Assembly: GCF_001194135.2 (NCBI RefSeq) | Contig: NC_068993.1 | Coordinates: 36,815,150-36,879,149, forward strand | Length of the DNA: 64,000 nucleotides | DNA from: Octopus bimaculoides | Taxonomy: Eukaryota | Direction of reading: 5' to 3' | Notes under the pieces: generated by a model | Told to the model about the DNA's origin: nothing | What the model saw: only the letters and a program-made list of their open reading frames with translations | Database searches by the model: none | Part shown: positions 37,008 to 48,899 of the stretch, piece after piece | How positions within the stretch are numbered: the stretch's first letter is position 1 | Layout of the letters: the number at the start of each line of letters is the position of its first letter | Made by a program: the position numbers and the translations under genes

Positions 37008-38452
37008 CTGTAAAAATAAATAGTGACATTTTAAAACCATAACCAACACGTGTACTTTACACAACCACCCATTTCAAATACTTATAAACACTCAAGCCTG
37101 CTAGAAAAGCATCACGTCTCAAAAACAAAGCTTATGTTAGACAATGTAGTCTTGGATATACAAAGATATGAGATCGTCATGGGTGGAGCATGTTTGATCA
37201 GTGTCTGATCAGCCAAGGCTGACCTAGGGCTTAACAACAATAGCTAAAAAAATATTGATGTGATGATAGCCTCTAAATATTTCTTTTATGTTACCAAGGA
37301 TTATCATTTAAAGTTAGACAATCCTTGATTTATTTAGTTAATTAATCAAATTTGACTTGTATAGAACCTTGAAGGGTTTCAATCAAACCAACTAACTCCA
37401 GTACTTACGTTGTTTTAAGTCTGGTACTTATTCTATCAGACCCTTTTACTGAACTACTAAGGATATAAACAAACCAACACCAGCTGTCAGTTAGTAGTAG
37501 GGAGATGACAGACACACACAAACAGACATTCTTCTACAGCTTCCATTTATGAGGCATTAGTCAACCTGAGGCTGTCAAGGTGTTGTGTAGTGGGACTGAA
37601 CCCAAAACCACCACTTTGCAAAATGAGCTTCTTAATCATATATAAAAATATAGTTTCATAATTCTTCCATTTCTTGCTTTAAGAATCCAAGCCATTTGCA
37701 GAAACTAACACATGATTCTCATCAATATCTAAGTATACAAAAGTGAGGGATGGGAGCAAATTGACAGAATCACTAGACTGATGGACAAAATGTGTTTAGT
37801 TAGCTTCTGAGTTCAAATCCCACCAAAGTTGACTTTTGTCTATTAGCCTTTCAGGAATCAATAAAGACTGTAGCAGTAATAAACTGTGGTCAATATTAGT
37901 GAATATAAGGCTGCGAGCTGGCAGAATCGTTAGCAAGTCAGGCAAAATGCTTAGCAGTATTTCATCCATCTTTATGTTCTAAGTTCAAATTCTGCTTGGG
38001 CTGACCTTTGTCTTTCATCCTTTTGTGATCCATAAAATAAGTACCAGTTGAGCATTGGAGCCAATTTAATGAACTTAGCCTCCTCCTCTGAAATTGCTGG
38101 CCTTATGCCAAAATTTGAATCCAATATTAGAGAATATAAGGTGGTGAGATAGCAGAATCATTAGCACACTGGGCAAAAAATGCTTAACAGTATTTTGTCT
38201 GTCTTTATGTTCTGAGTTCGAATTCTGCCAGGGTTGACTTCACCTTTAATCTTTTCAGGGTTTATAAAATAAGTACTATTTGAGTACTGGGGTCAATGTA
38301 ATCAACTTACCCATCTCACAAAATTGCTGGCCCTGTGCCAAAACTTGAAGCCAATATTAGTGAATATACAACCCCCTAAAATTTGAGCTACTGCACCTAT
38401 GTTAGACACCAAATTTTTTGCAAACAAGAAAAGGATTGTGAATCTATATTAC

Positions 38453-38613
38453 CTGATAAAAATGAAATTTGAACCCAAGTACATGACACAAAGTCCTCTG
38501 TTCACTCATGTACAGTTTAAACAAAGCAATGAAAAATTGTTCATTCTCAGGACGGCACTCAAACGATTCCAGCAGTATATCGAGCACTCTATTGGGGTCA
38601 AGATCAAAGCAAC
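38453..38613 (-). CDS. THOC2: THOC2 exon [22 protein letters not shown]...LGFKFHFYQ
   Basis: 161 nt, ttgtag/gtaata. Confidence 0.96.
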
Positions 38614-38767
38614 CTACAAAAGAAAGAATTTAAATACAATGAATAAAATAAAACTGTTTTTACAGACAAATGTCCACATCTTACTGATCACCACTCAAAG
38701 CAAAGTAGGAGTAGAACTTGTTTTATGTCAGGTAAACTGGAGCAAAGTTATCTAACATGCTCAAGAG

Positions 38768-39009
38768 CAGCGATTCTCAACCAGGGTCCACACAACAAAA
38801 TAGTAAATTGGGGATCCACAATAGTATTTTAAGGGCCCCTGAAAGAAATTTTGTTTTTGGAATAGGTACTGGTATGTATTGCAAGAAACAGCTAGGTTTT
38901 TTCTCAAACATTTTACATAGTTCAACCTACACAAATTAATATGTGAAAATATCAAGAAATAACATTCTATAAATCTAGTTTTTAAACATCAAATGGTTGA
39001 GAACCACTG
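38768..39009. mobile_element. hAT-type MITE
   Basis: TIR CAGCGATTCTCAACC / GGTTGAGAACCACTG; perfect 8-bp TSD CTCAAGAG at 38760-38767 and 39010-39017. Confidence 0.9.
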
Positions 39010-39430
39010 CTCAAGAGAATACCTCAGTGTAGTAAGGTTTAAATTCATCAATATGTAACTAATTTAAACAATGTTATTATTCACTGAAAGATACCAAAAG
39101 CACCTGGAAATAAACAAGTAACCATTATTTTTTACCCTCTATTTTTGATTTATCATCATCACATTTTAACGTCTACTTTTCCATACTTGCATGGGTCAAG
39201 CAAAATTCAGAGGAAAATTTTCTCTGGCCAGATGCCCTTCTTGTTGCCAGCACCCACCTGTATCCAACAAAATTAACACTTATTTCTATTCCTTTGTGCA
39301 TGAACAGCACAAAGGCTGGACATGTGGACATGATTTTTTGAGAGAAGATTGCAAATGAATGAGGTTGCTTGTGTGACTGACATTCATTTACAACTAGCAT
39401 GTAATGTCAAGATAAGGAAACACACACGTG

Positions 39431-39432
<2 letters not shown>

Positions 39433-39486
<54 letters not shown>
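39433..39486. repeat. (GT)n microsatellite abutting a 10-N gap
   Basis: Read directly from the sequence. Confidence 0.95.
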
Positions 39487-40219
39487 NNNNNNNNNNCATA
39501 TAAATTTAAAAAAAAAAAGGCATCCATGCCGGTGACATGCCAACGACACCCAGAGCAATTTGTGAAGTAGTTGACATTAGGAAGAGCATCCAGCCATAGA
39601 AACCAAGCCAAAACAGACCATGGAACCTGATGCAGCTCTCTGGCTTACTAGTTCCAGTTAAACCATCTTACCTTTGTTAGTATTAAAAAAAGACAAAAAA
39701 CAAAAATATATACACACATGCATGCATGCATACACGCACGCACACACATACACAATAATTTATATGCCACATGCCATGTGATCACATGACTGACTAGGCT
39801 ATCAGATGTAATACATCACTGATCACAATGCACTTTTGCATTGTTTTAGCCTTCAAAAGACACCACCCTGCTGGCCAGGCAAGCATGCCAACAATTCCCA
39901 TTGATCAAAAATAGGACTGGAGCAATGTGAAATGAAGTGTTATGCTCAAGAACACAATGTAATGCCCCATCAGGGAATTGAACCCACGATCTAGCAATCA
40001 AGAGTGCAACAGCTAAACCACTTGGTTTATAAAAATCAGTATCCTTTTAACTTCCCTCTTCCTTGCTGGCAGGGGTTAGATGGTTTGACAGAATTCCACA
40101 TGACACAGAACTACATTGCGCTCCATTATCTGCTATGGCATTGCAATAAAGGTAGAATAATAGATGATTTCTGAAGATTACTACATAACACATAACACAT
40201 GATAATCCAGTTTACCAAC

Positions 40220-40353
40220 CTATCAATGACTTGATAGTTTCCAGTACTTGCAAATACCCAATACCATCTGACAGGTCTTGATTTAGTTCACTCATAAGTT
40301 TTGCATAACCTTCACTTTCTTCACGAAGTAAGTTGAATTTCTGTTGTTTGTAG
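40220..40353 (-). CDS. THOC2: THOC2 exon [19 protein letters not shown]...IKSLI
   Basis: 134 nt, ttgcag/gttggt. Confidence 0.95.
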
Positions 40354-41104
40354 CTGCAAATATACCAAACTAGATGTTACACACAGATGAAATATTGCAG
40401 AAGATAATGAAATAGAAATATGCTTCTGTGTAAGGTACAGGTGTAGTTCTGTTGTTTCCAGACTAGTTGCTACACACTACACACAGTTGAAACAATGCAC
40501 AAAATTATTATTAAAATCTATTATATATACATATTTGTATTATTTTGGTCGAGTTAGTCTCTTGCAATTCTGAGTTCACCTGTGGGTGCACAGAGTCTTC
40601 AGGCAAGTTACTGAAAAATAATTGAATCTGCATATTTATATATAGGTTTTCTGTTACATGATGTGGTGGTGGTGAGAAAATATAACAAAAGGAAAAAAAA
40701 GAAAAACTTAGAAAAAAGAAAGAGGAAAAAATGGAAGTACCAGAAAAGAAAAGGAATAAAGAGGGAGTAAGAAGAAGAAAAGGAAATGAAGGGAGTGTTT
40801 TGATAGGGGAGAATGAAGTAAGGTATTAGAATGGTCAAAGACTGCAATAGAAAAATAGCAGATAAGCAAAGGAATGAACACTGAAACCAGTGATGTTTAA
40901 GAGTAGAAAAAGACAAATGAATAAAAAAAATAGAATAAATAAAAAATGACATACCAATTAAAATGAGTAGAAGGGGATATCAAGAACAAGGGTGTTGATT
41001 TAAAAGAATGATCAAAGAAGAGTAGGTAGCAATTGTGGTAACAGTGAATAAACAAGATTTAGAATGATACAAAAATATATACAAAATATAATGATAGAAA
41101 AATA

Positions 41105-41481
41105 TTGTTGTTGGCACTCCGTCGCTTACGATGTCGAGGGTTCCAGTTGATCCGATCAACGGAACAGCCTGCTCGTGAAATTAACGTAAAAGTGGCTGAA
41201 CATTCCACAGACACGTGTACCCTTAACGTAGTTCTCGGGGATATTCAGTGTGACAAGGCTGACCCTTTGAATTACAGGCACAACAGAAACAGGAAGTAAG
41301 AGTGAGAGAAAGTTGTGGTGAAAGAGTACAGCAAGGTTCGCCACCATCCCCTGCCGGAGCCTCGTGGAGCTTTAGGTGTTTTCACTTAATAAACACTCAC
41401 AACATCCGGTCTGGGAATCGAAACCGCGATCCTATGACTGCGAGTCCACTGCCCTAACCACTAGGCCATTGCGCCTCCACA
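41105..41481 (-). mobile_element. Full-length young tRNA-derived SINE (same family as 26451)
   Basis: Reverse-complement match to 26451-26808; 11-bp TSD ATAGAAAAATA at 41094-41104 and 41482-41492. Confidence 0.9.
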
Positions 41482-41534
41482 ATAGAAAAATAGATATAAG
41501 GAATAAATGGAATCAGAAACAAAAATATACTTAC

Positions 41535-41656
41535 TAGAGTTTTGTCTTGGTTTTAACATATTTTTGTTGGAAGAGCTGTTTAGATTGTATTAAACCCACA
41601 CATTCTAAAGTCTCTTGGTCCAATCTCTCTTTCAAAACACAATCAGGGACAATACC
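41535..41656 (-). CDS. THOC2: THOC2 exon [40 protein letters not shown]
   Basis: 122 nt, ttctag/gtaagt. Confidence 0.95.
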
Positions 41657-43011
41657 CTAGAAAAAAAAAAAAAAGAAAAAAAGAAAAAATCAAGAAAGAA
41701 ACCAAGTGAAAATTTCTAATCATAATGGCTTTTAATCGTTCTTTGAATTAATTTTCAGAAAGTTAATCAAATGAAATTATAACAAATTTCATAACAGAGT
41801 AGCATAGAGTAGTTTTTCTACCTGGCCAGCTCTTGTGAACCATCCTCCCCATGCATGCATGGAAGATGGACATTAAGTGATGATGGTGGTGATGACAATG
41901 ATGATTATATTTTGTGGGAATTGTTAATGTCTAAGAAGAGTTAATAGGATTTGTGTTGGTGTGACAGCCCCTTCAAGAGACACAAAATATAACATTTAGT
42001 ACTTGTCTGTAGGCATGAAACAGTGAAAGGTTGCTAAATACAGACCTGCTCTTCCAGGTTGGTTGTGGTGCAAAGAAGAGTTTAAGGCCCTGCTTTAAGA
42101 ATACATTTCTTACTTAGAAAACATCAACAGAAATCAAAACAAAATAAGATATATGCCACCTTCGTGGTTGTTGACGTCCTCTGCTAAAGCTCATCTAGGG
42201 AGGCTGAGCAGCCAGTGACCTTAAAATACAAAGTCAACAGTGACTCTCACACAGGAGGAGTAGCATTCATGTTGTACTGACAGCCCTAATTGCCTGGGTA
42301 CCAGTAGGACTAAGAATCATCTCAGCACCCTTCATGACAATGGACATTATACAAGCCTAACAATCAGGTCATCACCATCATCCTCATCATTTAATGTTTG
42401 TCACTCTGGAATGGGTTGGATGGTTTGACAGAATCCATTAAGATGGAGGACTGTACCAAACTCCAATGTCTGCTTTACAAAGGTTTCTACAGCTGAATAC
42501 TCTAAATGCCAATGCCAACCACTTCATATAACCACACAGGTAGTGCTACAGGTGCAAGCATGGCTGTGTTGTTAAGAAGTTTACTTGACTGGAACCTGTA
42601 AGCTGGAGCACTGAACCAGGGACCAGTCTGATTTGGCATGGTTTCTATGGTTGGATGCCCTTCCTAACATCAACTACTCTGAGTGTAATGGGTGCTTTAT
42701 ACATGCCACTGGCACAGGTGCCATTTACATGACACTGCTAACAGCCATGACCATGATTTCATGGATGCCATTTACATGATACTGGCAATGGTCATGGCCA
42801 CAGTTTCACTTGGCTTGATAGTCCTCTCAAGCACAGCATATCGACATGGTCTCAGTCACTTGTGAAGCCTGTGTGAAGCCCAACATTCAAAGATGCTTCA
42901 CCACCTCGTCCCTCGCCTCTGAGGTTAATAGTCAGCAGAGTTCTTATCCTTATAAACAACTCATCTTGGACCTAAGGAACTTCATAAAACAGATGTATTA
43001 AGAAAACTTAC

Positions 43012-43082
43012 CACCATGCCAGAAACCAATAGAAGAAACCGATCTCGCTGTTGTTTATCATCACTGCAACTTGATTCAACAT
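43012..43082 (-). CDS. THOC2: THOC2 exon DVESSCSDDKQQRDRFLLLVSGMV
   Basis: 71 nt, cttgtag/gtaagt, phases 1 to 0 fit the neighbouring exons. Confidence 0.88.
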
Positions 43083-44634
43083 CTACAAGGGAAGATACAA
43101 ATTTATTGCATAAGGATAATCAAATATAGAATCACAGCATCATTTACATAGAATAACTTATAACATGAGAAACTAAAAATCTGTCTTGGTACAGCTGTGA
43201 TAGGTGCAGGTAGGGCTGTGTGGATACAGAGTTCAGTTCAGTTCTACCTTCATGGTTTCAAGATTTGTTCTAGAATGTGGCATGTTGTCCAAGTGTCTTT
43301 TAGAATAGCTTCAGGCAACTCAATACCTTGCATGAAATCAGTTGGAGGAAACTATGTGGAAGCCTAGCATATATCTATGTACATGCGTGTATGTGTGTGT
43401 GTGTGTGGAGGGGGTGCATGCATGTGTGTAAAGTGCAGGCCCGGCTGTGTGGTTGAGACATTTACTTCCCAACAAAATAGTTTCAGGTTCAGTCCTACTG
43501 CATGGGACCTTGGGCAACTGACATCTACCATAGACCTGGAATGATCAAAGCCTTCTGAATGGATTTTGTTAACAGAAACTGAAAGAAGCCCATGTGGATG
43601 TGGATGTGTGTGTGCATTTGTGTCATTGACTTGACATCACATGATCACTCTAAACAGACATCACCATCATACAAGCAGTGCTCTTCATTTCCAATCTTTC
43701 ATGAAAATATGTCTGGTCTTGCTTGAAAACAGGTAAGGTTGGTGACAGGAAAAGCATTCGGCCATGGAAAATCTACCTCCACAAATTCTGCCTGACCTAT
43801 GCAAGTATGGGTATGTGGATACTGTAATGATGACGAAGGTAGTGGTAGTGTGTATATGTGTTTGTATTTGAGTAAGAATGTTTACCATATTTTCCGGCAT
43901 ACAAACTGATGTATTTAATATAAACATTTAAACACCATCTCTATCTTTCCAAATCCTGTTACATTTCACATCAAATTTTCGGTCCCTTTAAGTCATCTTG
44001 GTGTATATATCAATCTACTTTTTCTAACAGTGAATTTCAGTCTGAAAAATTTAACTTGTATGCAGGAAAATACAATACATCCTGCATGTCTTCACATGAT
44101 AACATTTGCACCATAGCATGATTACAACTCCATAGCATGATTATATCTCTAAACAGCCATAGCATGATTACATCTCTAATACATCCTGTAGCTCTGTGCT
44201 TTCAACTTGAAGTGACTAGTGGAAGGAAAAATCCACAACTTAAAAAAATGTGGTGAGCGGCAGACAAGAAGGGGATCTGGACATAAAATACTGCTTTAAC
44301 CCCTTTCATTACCAACCCAGCTGAAACCAGCTCTGGCTGAGTACAAATGTCTTGTTTTCATAAGTTTTGAATTAAAATCTTCCACCAAACCTTAGTCACA
44401 ATTTATGTTCCTAACACTAGCTGAATGATAAGTTATTTTACTAAATTCTTTGTTATATTTAAAGCAATTGAAAGAAACAGAGAGCATCTCAAAATAAATA
44501 CAGTAACAAAAGTAATAATAAATCTTTATCCAAACCACAAATGAATGTAACCACGAACAAACAATTAGCTATTCACCTGAACAGATTTAGTTTGAAGCAA
44601 AACCAAAGAAGAAACTAAGGAAGCTGATGGTAGG

Positions 44635-45035
44635 CATAGGAGTGGCTGTGTGGTAAGTAGCTTGCTTACCAACCACATGGTTCTGGGTTCAGTCCCACTG
44701 CATGACACTTTGGGCAAATGTCTTCTACTAAAATATCAGGCCGATCAAAACCTTGTGAGTGGATTTGGTAGACAGAAACTGAAAGAAGCCTGTTGTATAT
44801 ATGTATATGTATATATATATGTGTGTGTGTGTGTGTGTCTGGTTGTCCCCACAACATCGCTTGACACCCGAAGCTGGTGTGTTTACGTCCCCGTAACTTA
44901 GCGGTTCGGCAAAAGAGACTGATAGAATAAGTACTAGGTTTTCAAAGAATAAATCCTGGGGTCGATTTACTCGACTAAAGGTGATGCTCCAGCATGGCCG
45001 CAGTCAAATGACTGAAACAAGTAAAAGAGTAAAGA
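44635..45035 (+). mobile_element. Abundant tRNA-derived SINE, best-preserved copy
   Basis: GGCTGTGTGGTAAG...GGGTTCAGTCCC head, microsatellite middle, GACTGAAACAAGTAAAAGA tail. Further copies at about 6490, 11270, 16500(-), 17950(-), 20580, 31195, 35690(-), 36530, 43435, 46270(-), 51140(-), 55280(-), 56600(-), 58200 and 58738. Confidence 0.85.
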
Positions 45036-45979
45036 GTAATACAAGGAACCCCAAGATAATGTAGATAAGATGGTCTACAATGACATCATTTTTATAATCA
45101 GCCATCAATTATTAGTTTATTAGAGCCTACTTTACATGACACACTAAAAAATATATATGTGTGTGTTTGTGTCTTCTTGAATTGACATTGTGTAATAGCT
45201 GTAAATGATTGTCAGTCATGCAAGCAGTGTCATTCATTTCCAACATTCTCCAAGAAAATGCCTGGCCATGGGGAAATTATTGCCTTGCTTGGAAACAGGT
45301 GAGGGTTGGTGACAGGAAGGGAACCTGGCCATACAAAATCACCCTCAATAAACTCTGTCTAACCCATGCAAGCATGGAAAAGTGGACAACATCATCATCA
45401 TCATCATAATTCTGGTGGTAGTGGTGGTGATGATTATGGTGATGACAATGATGATTCGGTTTAGTGATTTTACCATTTTCTACAGCAGGAACATTCTTGT
45501 TTTGCAAAGGACTGCCAAGTTTAATGTTGATCTGATTCATCATCATCATTGTTTTAATGTCAACATTTCCAAGCATGCGTGGGTAAAATAAGAGTACACT
45601 GAGGCAAAGTACATTGGGTGCCCAGTGCTCTTTCTGTTGCCAACACTCCCTTGTTCCCAAGTGAGTAATCTCCCAGTCTATTTATGGAACAATAACAACT
45701 CGGACATGTATAGAACTGAAATTGAATGACTTCAAATGAATGAGCCTTTTCATCACAAAGATTGTACAATGTCAAGATATATCGGCCATGCTTTCACAGT
45801 GGACTGCAAGCGAAAAACACTATCAGCAGGCCATTGTTTACAATCAGTGAACACATGTGAAGATCAAAGAAATAGTAACTCACTCCCACAAACATACATC
45901 TTTTTACTCTTTTGTTTGTTTCACTCATTAGATTGCAGCCAGGTTGGGGCTTTGCCTTGAAGAATTTTTAGTCAAATGA

Positions 45980-46257
45980 ATCATCATCATCATCATCGTC
46001 GTTTAACGTCCGCTTTCCATGCTAGCATGGGTTGGACGATTTGACTGAGGACTGGTGAAACCAGATGGCTACACCAGGCTCCAATCTGATTTGGCAGAGT
46101 TTCTACAGCTGGATGCCCTTCCTAACGCGAACCACTCAGAGGGTGCTTTTACGTGCCACTGGCACGAAGGCCAGTCAGGCGGTACTGGCAACGGCCACGC
46201 TCAAAATGGTGTATTTTATGTGCCACCCACACAAGAGCCAGTCCAGGGGCACTGGCA
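45980..46257 (-). mobile_element. Young RTE 3' tail inserted into a SINE
   Basis: Near-identical to 63068-63300 and CpG-rich; interrupts a SINE 3' end (45900-45980 / 46260-46550). Confidence 0.75.
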
Positions 46258-46688
46258 GGCCTTAGTATTTCCTTTTAAAGCCTGGTACTTATTCTATCAT
46301 TCTCTATTGCCAAACTGCTAGGCTACGAGGATGTAAACACACTAACACCAGTTGTCAAGTGGTGGTGGTGGACAACCCCACCCCATACAAACAACAAACT
46401 TTTTAAAGTTTCCGTCTACCAAATCCACTCACAAGGCTTTGGTTGGCCCAAGACTATAGTAGAAGACACTTGCCCAAGGTGGCATGCAGCGGGACTGAAC
46501 CAGGAACCTTATGGCTGGGAATCAAACTTTTTACCATATAGGCATGCCTGCATGTATAAATGTGTGTGTGTGTGTGTGGTGTAAATAAAAACAAACTTTT
46601 AGTTACTTCCTACCCAATACACTCGCAGTTTCTATGAACCTTGATCAAATGAAAAGATGAAATTTTACAGGAAATATTTTTTCCTTAC

Positions 46689-46740
46689 CTATTATGCTGA
46701 GAATACTAGCAAGTAATGAAGGTAGCTCTTTGTGGAAATC
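46689..46740 (-). CDS. THOC2: THOC2 exon DFHKELPSLLASILSII
   Basis: 52 nt, ttttctag/gtaagg; resembles EFREDMPSILADVFCIL. Confidence 0.9.
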
Positions 46741-47831
46741 CTAGAAAAAGAAAGATGAGATATTGACACATGAATATGACATCAGTCAGCAATAATAGTC
46801 TAACAACAGAACTTTACCAAACATTTCCTAAAATAAACTGTAGAAGCTATAACAATATTAGAGTTTGGTTAGATCCAAATCACTCCTGATGGAGTAGACC
46901 TATGATTAAAAGTGTTCCAGTTATAACCATCTCATGGAATTAACACTCCTCTTGTTAGATTTACAACTATTCAAGAGGAATGCTAACTGCTCTGATTTCA
47001 CCAGTCTCAGACTAGACTGTGAAAGCTAGAGGCAAAGCCCCTTTCTTGAGATCAGACCTTTATAAATATATTTTGAAAATGAAAACATAACTTATTGAGT
47101 AAATTGAGGCAGGTTTTTCTAAAGCTGGATGCCCTTCCTGTTGCCAACCCTTACCTGTTTCCAAGCAAGGTAATATTTCCCCATGGCCAGATATGTCTTT
47201 GCAGAATAATGCTATTTTGAACTGGAATTGTTAATTCAATTCAGATACATCACAGAAAACCAAATTTACTACAGTATTTGTACCGACATGATATCTCTTA
47301 CAAATATATCAGTAGTAGACAAAGCCCAAAGTGGCAGAAATGCTCATCTGACAATACTACCACTGCTACTAGACTATTTTCATCTGCAACTGATATATTT
47401 TTGCATTATCAAACTGTATGTCATATAAGAAATATTATCTCCAGATGAATACTAGAGTAAATATGGCCTTCAATGATGTATCTGCTTGAAGCATGATGCA
47501 CAAGTTGGTATTTTAAATTAATACTGTTCTGTTATGCATAACAAATTCCAGTTCATTTTAATTATGCTTGAAAAATCTCTTTAAATATTCCAAACATGCT
47601 ATATTGTATGGAATCTATGACATTTAATATAAGAACTTCTAAATTGGGTTCCAAGATATATTTGGTAATTCAGAGAGCTCATTATGGACGACCATATGTT
47701 TTTGGAATAAAAATATATACTAAATGTAAAGATGGCCTCCATAATCTGATTGGTAAAGCACAAAAACAAAAACAAAAGAGAAATATCATAGCAGGATAAA
47801 GTAAAAAAATAAACCAGAGAGAAATACTTGC

Positions 47832-47979
47832 CACTATTTCAGTAATTGTTGAAACAGCATGATCAGGTTTCATATGACCTCGCACAACACTGATAAACAA
47901 GTCGTACAAAGCTTTGTGGAATGGCAAATCTGAAGTTTCCAAACTTGAAACATTGCTAATCCCTTTGCAGAATTTGATG
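47832..47979 (-). CDS. THOC2: THOC2 exon (F)IKFCKG...FHKALYDLFISVVRGHMKPDHAVSTITEIV
   Basis: Acceptor ttttacag; resembles human [21 protein letters not shown]. Donor is probably GCAAGT; the alternative GTGGCA would end the exon at 47835. Confidence 0.9.
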
Positions 47980-48899
47980 CTGTAAAAGATTTCAAAAAGA
48001 TATTCATTACAATAGGCAGAAAACTACTGATATATTGATATGAAAATACATTTTTTTTTTTAGACAGATCAGATGTTTGAGTCTATTTCTATACAATGCA
48101 TATGTGAGAGAAGTGAGTGGAGTACTTCCTAAATATTCCTTTAATTATTTTCTAATTCGCCTCAAGCTAATAAATTGCTTTTGGCAGTAATAACAAAGCT
48201 TCTAAATGATTCCCTTATGTGAAAACACACATTCTGAAGTGGAAGAATATTAATTTAATGATGACTGATATTCATTTAAAATACATATATCTACATAATT
48301 ACACAAACAAACTGATGAAGAGATTTCCAGAGAACTAACCACATAAGGAGACCATAAAATATTAGAATTTTAAAATTAATAAAAGCAATTATGAATTTAT
48401 TTTAAAGTTGATTAATGATGGGAAAACTGAGTACAAAGTCTATTAAATAGCTATCCTACTAAGTTGATATCATTTTTCATGTCTAATTTTCCAAGTTATC
48501 ACAAGTATGATATTAAGAATTTTAAACATTTACATACAGTTAAAGGAAATGTCTTAAGAGCTAGGTGCCTTTCCAACTACAAACAGACCGGTCAATGATA
48601 GTAATATGCTTTATCAAAGCACCCAGTATGCTCTGTAAAGTGGTTGGCATTAGGAACAGCATCCAGCCATAGAAACCATACCAAAACTGAGATAGTGAAA
48701 CAAGACATTGTTGTCCCAACCCATTACATTCTGCCAAACCATCCAAACCATGTTGGCACAGAAAGCAAAATGGTGGTGATGACATATATTGCTAGGGACT
48801 GCTACTTCCTGTCCAGATGCATTATGGTATATTTTATCTGGAGACTGGTTACCAGCCATTTGCAATTAACACAGACATTTACATTTGTGCTTTAAATAC

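Larger units (their letters stand above)
149..47979 (-). other. THOC2: THOC2 gene body, partial (coding exon 1 and the 3' end not seen)
   Basis: Exons splice in consistent phase into one reading frame matching remembered THOC2 motifs, e.g. KERLDx[15 protein letters not shown], [11 protein letters not shown], [47 protein letters not shown]. Confidence 0.97.

Noticed and set aside
1-48000. Intronic C/D-box snoRNAs
   Set aside because: A visual scan near several 3' splice sites found no convincing box C/D pair with a terminal stem; a snoscan or Infernal run would be needed to exclude them.
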